From Pseudidiomarina andamanensis (GTDB taxonomy: Bacteria; Pseudomonadota; Gammaproteobacteria; Enterobacterales; Alteromonadaceae), in NCBI RefSeq assembly GCF_009734345.1, contig NZ_CP032551.1, forward strand, positions 1,830,001-1,862,000: DNA of 32,000 nucleotides. Direction: 5' to 3'. This document shows positions 30,105 to 32,000 of the stretch, piece by piece. The notes below the pieces were generated by a model that was not told the DNA's origin, did not search any database, and saw only the letters and a list, made by a program, of their open reading frames with translations. The stretch's first letter is position 1. Each line of letters starts with the position of its first letter. The translations under genes and the position numbers were made by a program.

Positions 30105-31301
30105 ATGCGAATTAGCACACTCACCATGTACAACCAAAGCGTGTCATCGATGAACCGGCAACAAACCGAATTCATGAAAATTGGGCAACAAATTGCCAGT
30201 GGCAAGCGTATCGTGAATATTTCTGATGATCCGCAAGCAATGACCCAAGCGATTAACATTGGTCAATCGAAAGCTGTTTCAAGTCAGTTTAGCGATGCCC
30301 GTGTGGGTGTCCGTAACGCGCTCTCGCAAGAAGAAAGTGTATTGAATTCAGTGAACGACGTGTATTCACGAGCAAAAACCTTGATGGTGCAGGCTTCGAG
30401 CGACACGTTGTCTGACGCCGACCGCGCTTCAGTTGCAAGCGAATTGCGCGGGTTGTATGAGTCATTGATTGGTTTGGGCAACACACGAGACGGCAATGGC
30501 CGGTATTTATTTGGCGGTTATCAAGATGACACCGCCCCCTTTATTCGTGATGTAAATGGCGATGTGAGTTACGTTGGGCACGCAGAGGTTCGTGAGCAGC
30601 AGGTTGATGGCGATCGTCGTATGGCGGTTGGCCATTCAGGCGACGATATATTTCGTTCAGTGCACAGTAGTGCTGGCTACCTTGCCGACGCAGGCTTGAC
30701 TAACCAAGGCACGCTGCAGTTTAACGGTATTAATATCGTTGATTCGAATCATCCTGATTTCGGCTTAGCGTACGATATTGAGTTTGCTGATAATGCCGGC
30801 CAAATGCAGTATCGCGTTAATGGAGGAGCCTGGGCTGATTATAACGACCCGACCACGGTTGCTTTGGGTGGTATTGAAGTCGAGTTAGAAGGCGCTCCAG
30901 CTACTGGTGATACACTTCGTGTAGCACGAGGCCAAGATAATAATATGGATATTTTCCGAACGTTTGAGAAGGCATTAGCAGTGCTTGATAACGCAGCGGT
31001 AACGGATGCGCAAAAATCGCAACGCGTGAATACCTTACGTACGGTAATGCGCGAGTTTGATAATGGAATGGACAACGTATTAACCACCCGCGCGGAAGTT
31101 GGTGCACGACTGAATGAATTGGATGCCTTAGATACGATTGGTAGTAATCGTACGTTGGCGTACGAACAGGCGTTATCTGATCTCGTTGATTTAGATTATG
31201 TTGAAGCGGCATCGCAATATAGTGTGCGAATGGTTGGTTTGCAGGCGGCACAGAAGGCGTTTGTAGATATGAAAGACATGAGCCTGTTTAAGTTCCTTTA
31301 A
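30105..31301 (+). CDS. flgL: Flagellar hook-filament junction protein 3 FlgL (HAP3)
   Basis: 398 aa. Flagellin-like N-terminus MRISTLTMYNQSVSSMNRQQTEFMKIGQQIASGKRI and C-terminus (DLDYVEAASQYSVRMVGLQAAQKAF). Confidence 0.93.
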   Translation: MRISTLTMYNQSVSSMNRQQTEFMKIGQQIASGKRIVNISDDPQAMTQAINIGQSKAVSSQFSDARVGVRNALSQEESVLNSVNDVYSRAKTLMVQASSDTLSDADRASVASELRGLYESLIGLGNTRDGNGRYLFGGYQDDTAPFIRDVNGDVSYVGHAEVREQQVDGDRRMAVGHSGDDIFRSVHSSAGYLADAGLTNQGTLQFNGINIVDSNHPDFGLAYDIEFADNAGQMQYRVNGGAWADYNDPTTVALGGIEVELEGAPATGDTLRVARGQDNNMDIFRTFEKALAVLDNAAVTDAQKSQRVNTLRTVMREFDNGMDNVLTTRAEVGARLNELDALDTIGSNRTLAYEQALSDLVDLDYVEAASQYSVRMVGLQAAQKAFVDMKDMSLFKFL

Positions 31302-31345
31302 GAACCGTTATTCGTTAATCGTTATTAGTTATTCGGAAATACAGT

Positions 31346-32000
31346 TTACATGGTGAGGAGGACTTGCTCGACCATGTCGAGGCCTAGGCGGAATAGGCGC
31401 TGTAAATAGCCGCCTAGTTCTGTTGTTAGTACCGTCATTAGTACCAAACCGAGTGTTAGTGACATCGGGAAACCGACCGAGAAAACAGTGAGCTGCGGAG
31501 CAGATCGGTTCAAGATACCGAGGGTTAGGTTCACAATGAGCAGCGCGCCGAAAACTGGTAACGCCAGTAAAATTCCCGAACTAAATACCACCATTCCGAA
31601 GCGCGCGACTTGATTAAACGCGTCAGCATTCAAACCAAGTGTGCCAATTGGCAATAACTCAAATGAACGAGCTAGAATTTCCAGCATAATCAAGTGCCCA
31701 TCAATAGCTAGAAACATTAAGATTGCAAAGGTATAGAACACGCGCGAGAGAATCATCGTGTTCGCACCGCTATCAGGCGAAAAGAAGGTGGCAAAGGCAA
31801 GACCCATTTGTAAGCCAATATACTCACCTGCGGCCTGTACGGCAGCGAAAACAACCTGAACAACAAGCCCTATAGTCACGCCGATGATGATTTGCTCGAC
31901 AATAATGCCGAAGCTAGCCCATGAAAATAACGGAATATTCGGCAATGGTGGCAAAACCGGCGCAATAATAACGCTAAATATTAGAGCTAAGCTAATTTTA
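31346..32000 (-). CDS. fliR: Flagellar type III export apparatus protein FliR, C-terminal about 217 codons (5' end beyond the window)
   Basis: Polytopic membrane protein with FliR-like GLQMGLAFATFF.P and ALP. The ORF-track start at 31954 is an internal TTG. The frame stays open to nt 32000 (my translation upstream reads KISLALIFSVIIAPV-LPPLP). Confidence 0.85.
   Translation of the reverse strand, partial: KISLALIFSVIIAPVLPPLPNIPLFSWASFGIIVEQIIIGVTIGLVVQVVFAAVQAAGEYIGLQMGLAFATFFSPDSGANTMILSRVFYTFAILMFLAIDGHLIMLEILARSFELLPIGTLGLNADAFNQVARFGMVVFSSGILLALPVFGALLIVNLTLGILNRSAPQLTVFSVGFPMSLTLGLVLMTVLTTELGGYLQRLFRLGLDMVEQVLLTM

Noticed and set aside
22067-31251. Antisense or out-of-frame ORFs inside flagellar genes (e.g. 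22067..22318, 22503..22787, 22980..23252, 23231..23467, 24752..24952, 26015..26230, 27645..27869, 28982..29203, 29993..30259, 30284..30496, 30839..31087, 30901..31251)
   Set aside because: Each overlaps a well-conserved flagellar CDS and none has SD or start context or recognisable motifs. They are shadow ORFs.

Overview
Origin-proximal chromosome segment of a gammaproteobacterium. ATP synthase, MnmG and flagellar proteins are very close to enteric, Vibrio and Alteromonas-type homologues, but the species cannot be determined from the sequence alone.

Gene order, left to right:
- The 5' 379 codons of glmU (minus strand).
- A complete atpIBEFHAGDC operon (minus).
- parB, parA, rsmG and mnmG (minus, almost no intergenic space).
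- An E. coli-type oriC at about 12562-12923, with three GATC-initiated AT-rich 13-mers, at least four good DnaA boxes and 12 GATC sites in about 340 bp.
- mioC, plus a MASE1-like membrane protein with a degenerate GGDEF domain. Both read toward oriC.
- A tightly coupled five-gene plus-strand operon, four of whose products carry signal peptides: M1-type zinc peptidase, a small protein with a predicted N-terminal His, a 4-TM protein, a PQQ-dependent sugar dehydrogenase and an S1/P1 nuclease.
- An enteric-type flagellar locus, flgN-flgM-flgA (minus) and flgBCDEFGHIJKL (plus), followed by the 3' part of fliR (minus, runs off the window).

I saw no rRNA, tRNA, CRISPR, IS or transposase, integrase, prophage or recognisable defence genes. 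This is mostly conserved core DNA, and I did not find a convincing novel multi-gene system.

Points worth a second look:
- flgK is split by a +1 frameshift while every other flagellar gene is intact.
- FlgJ is a 104-aa rod-binding-only protein with no peptidoglycan hydrolase domain.
- Two perfect sigma-28 promoters (TAAA-N15-GCCGATAA) lie upstream of flgM and flgK.
- A degenerate GGDEF (EQDTF) sensor gene appears co-transcribed with mioC into oriC.
- The secreted-enzyme operon contains an uncharacterised small protein and a membrane protein.

Several ORF-track starts are over-extended on TTG or GTG codons (atpA, atpH, atpE, atpB, flgB, flgI, the dehydrogenase). I corrected them from homologue N-termini and SD spacing.
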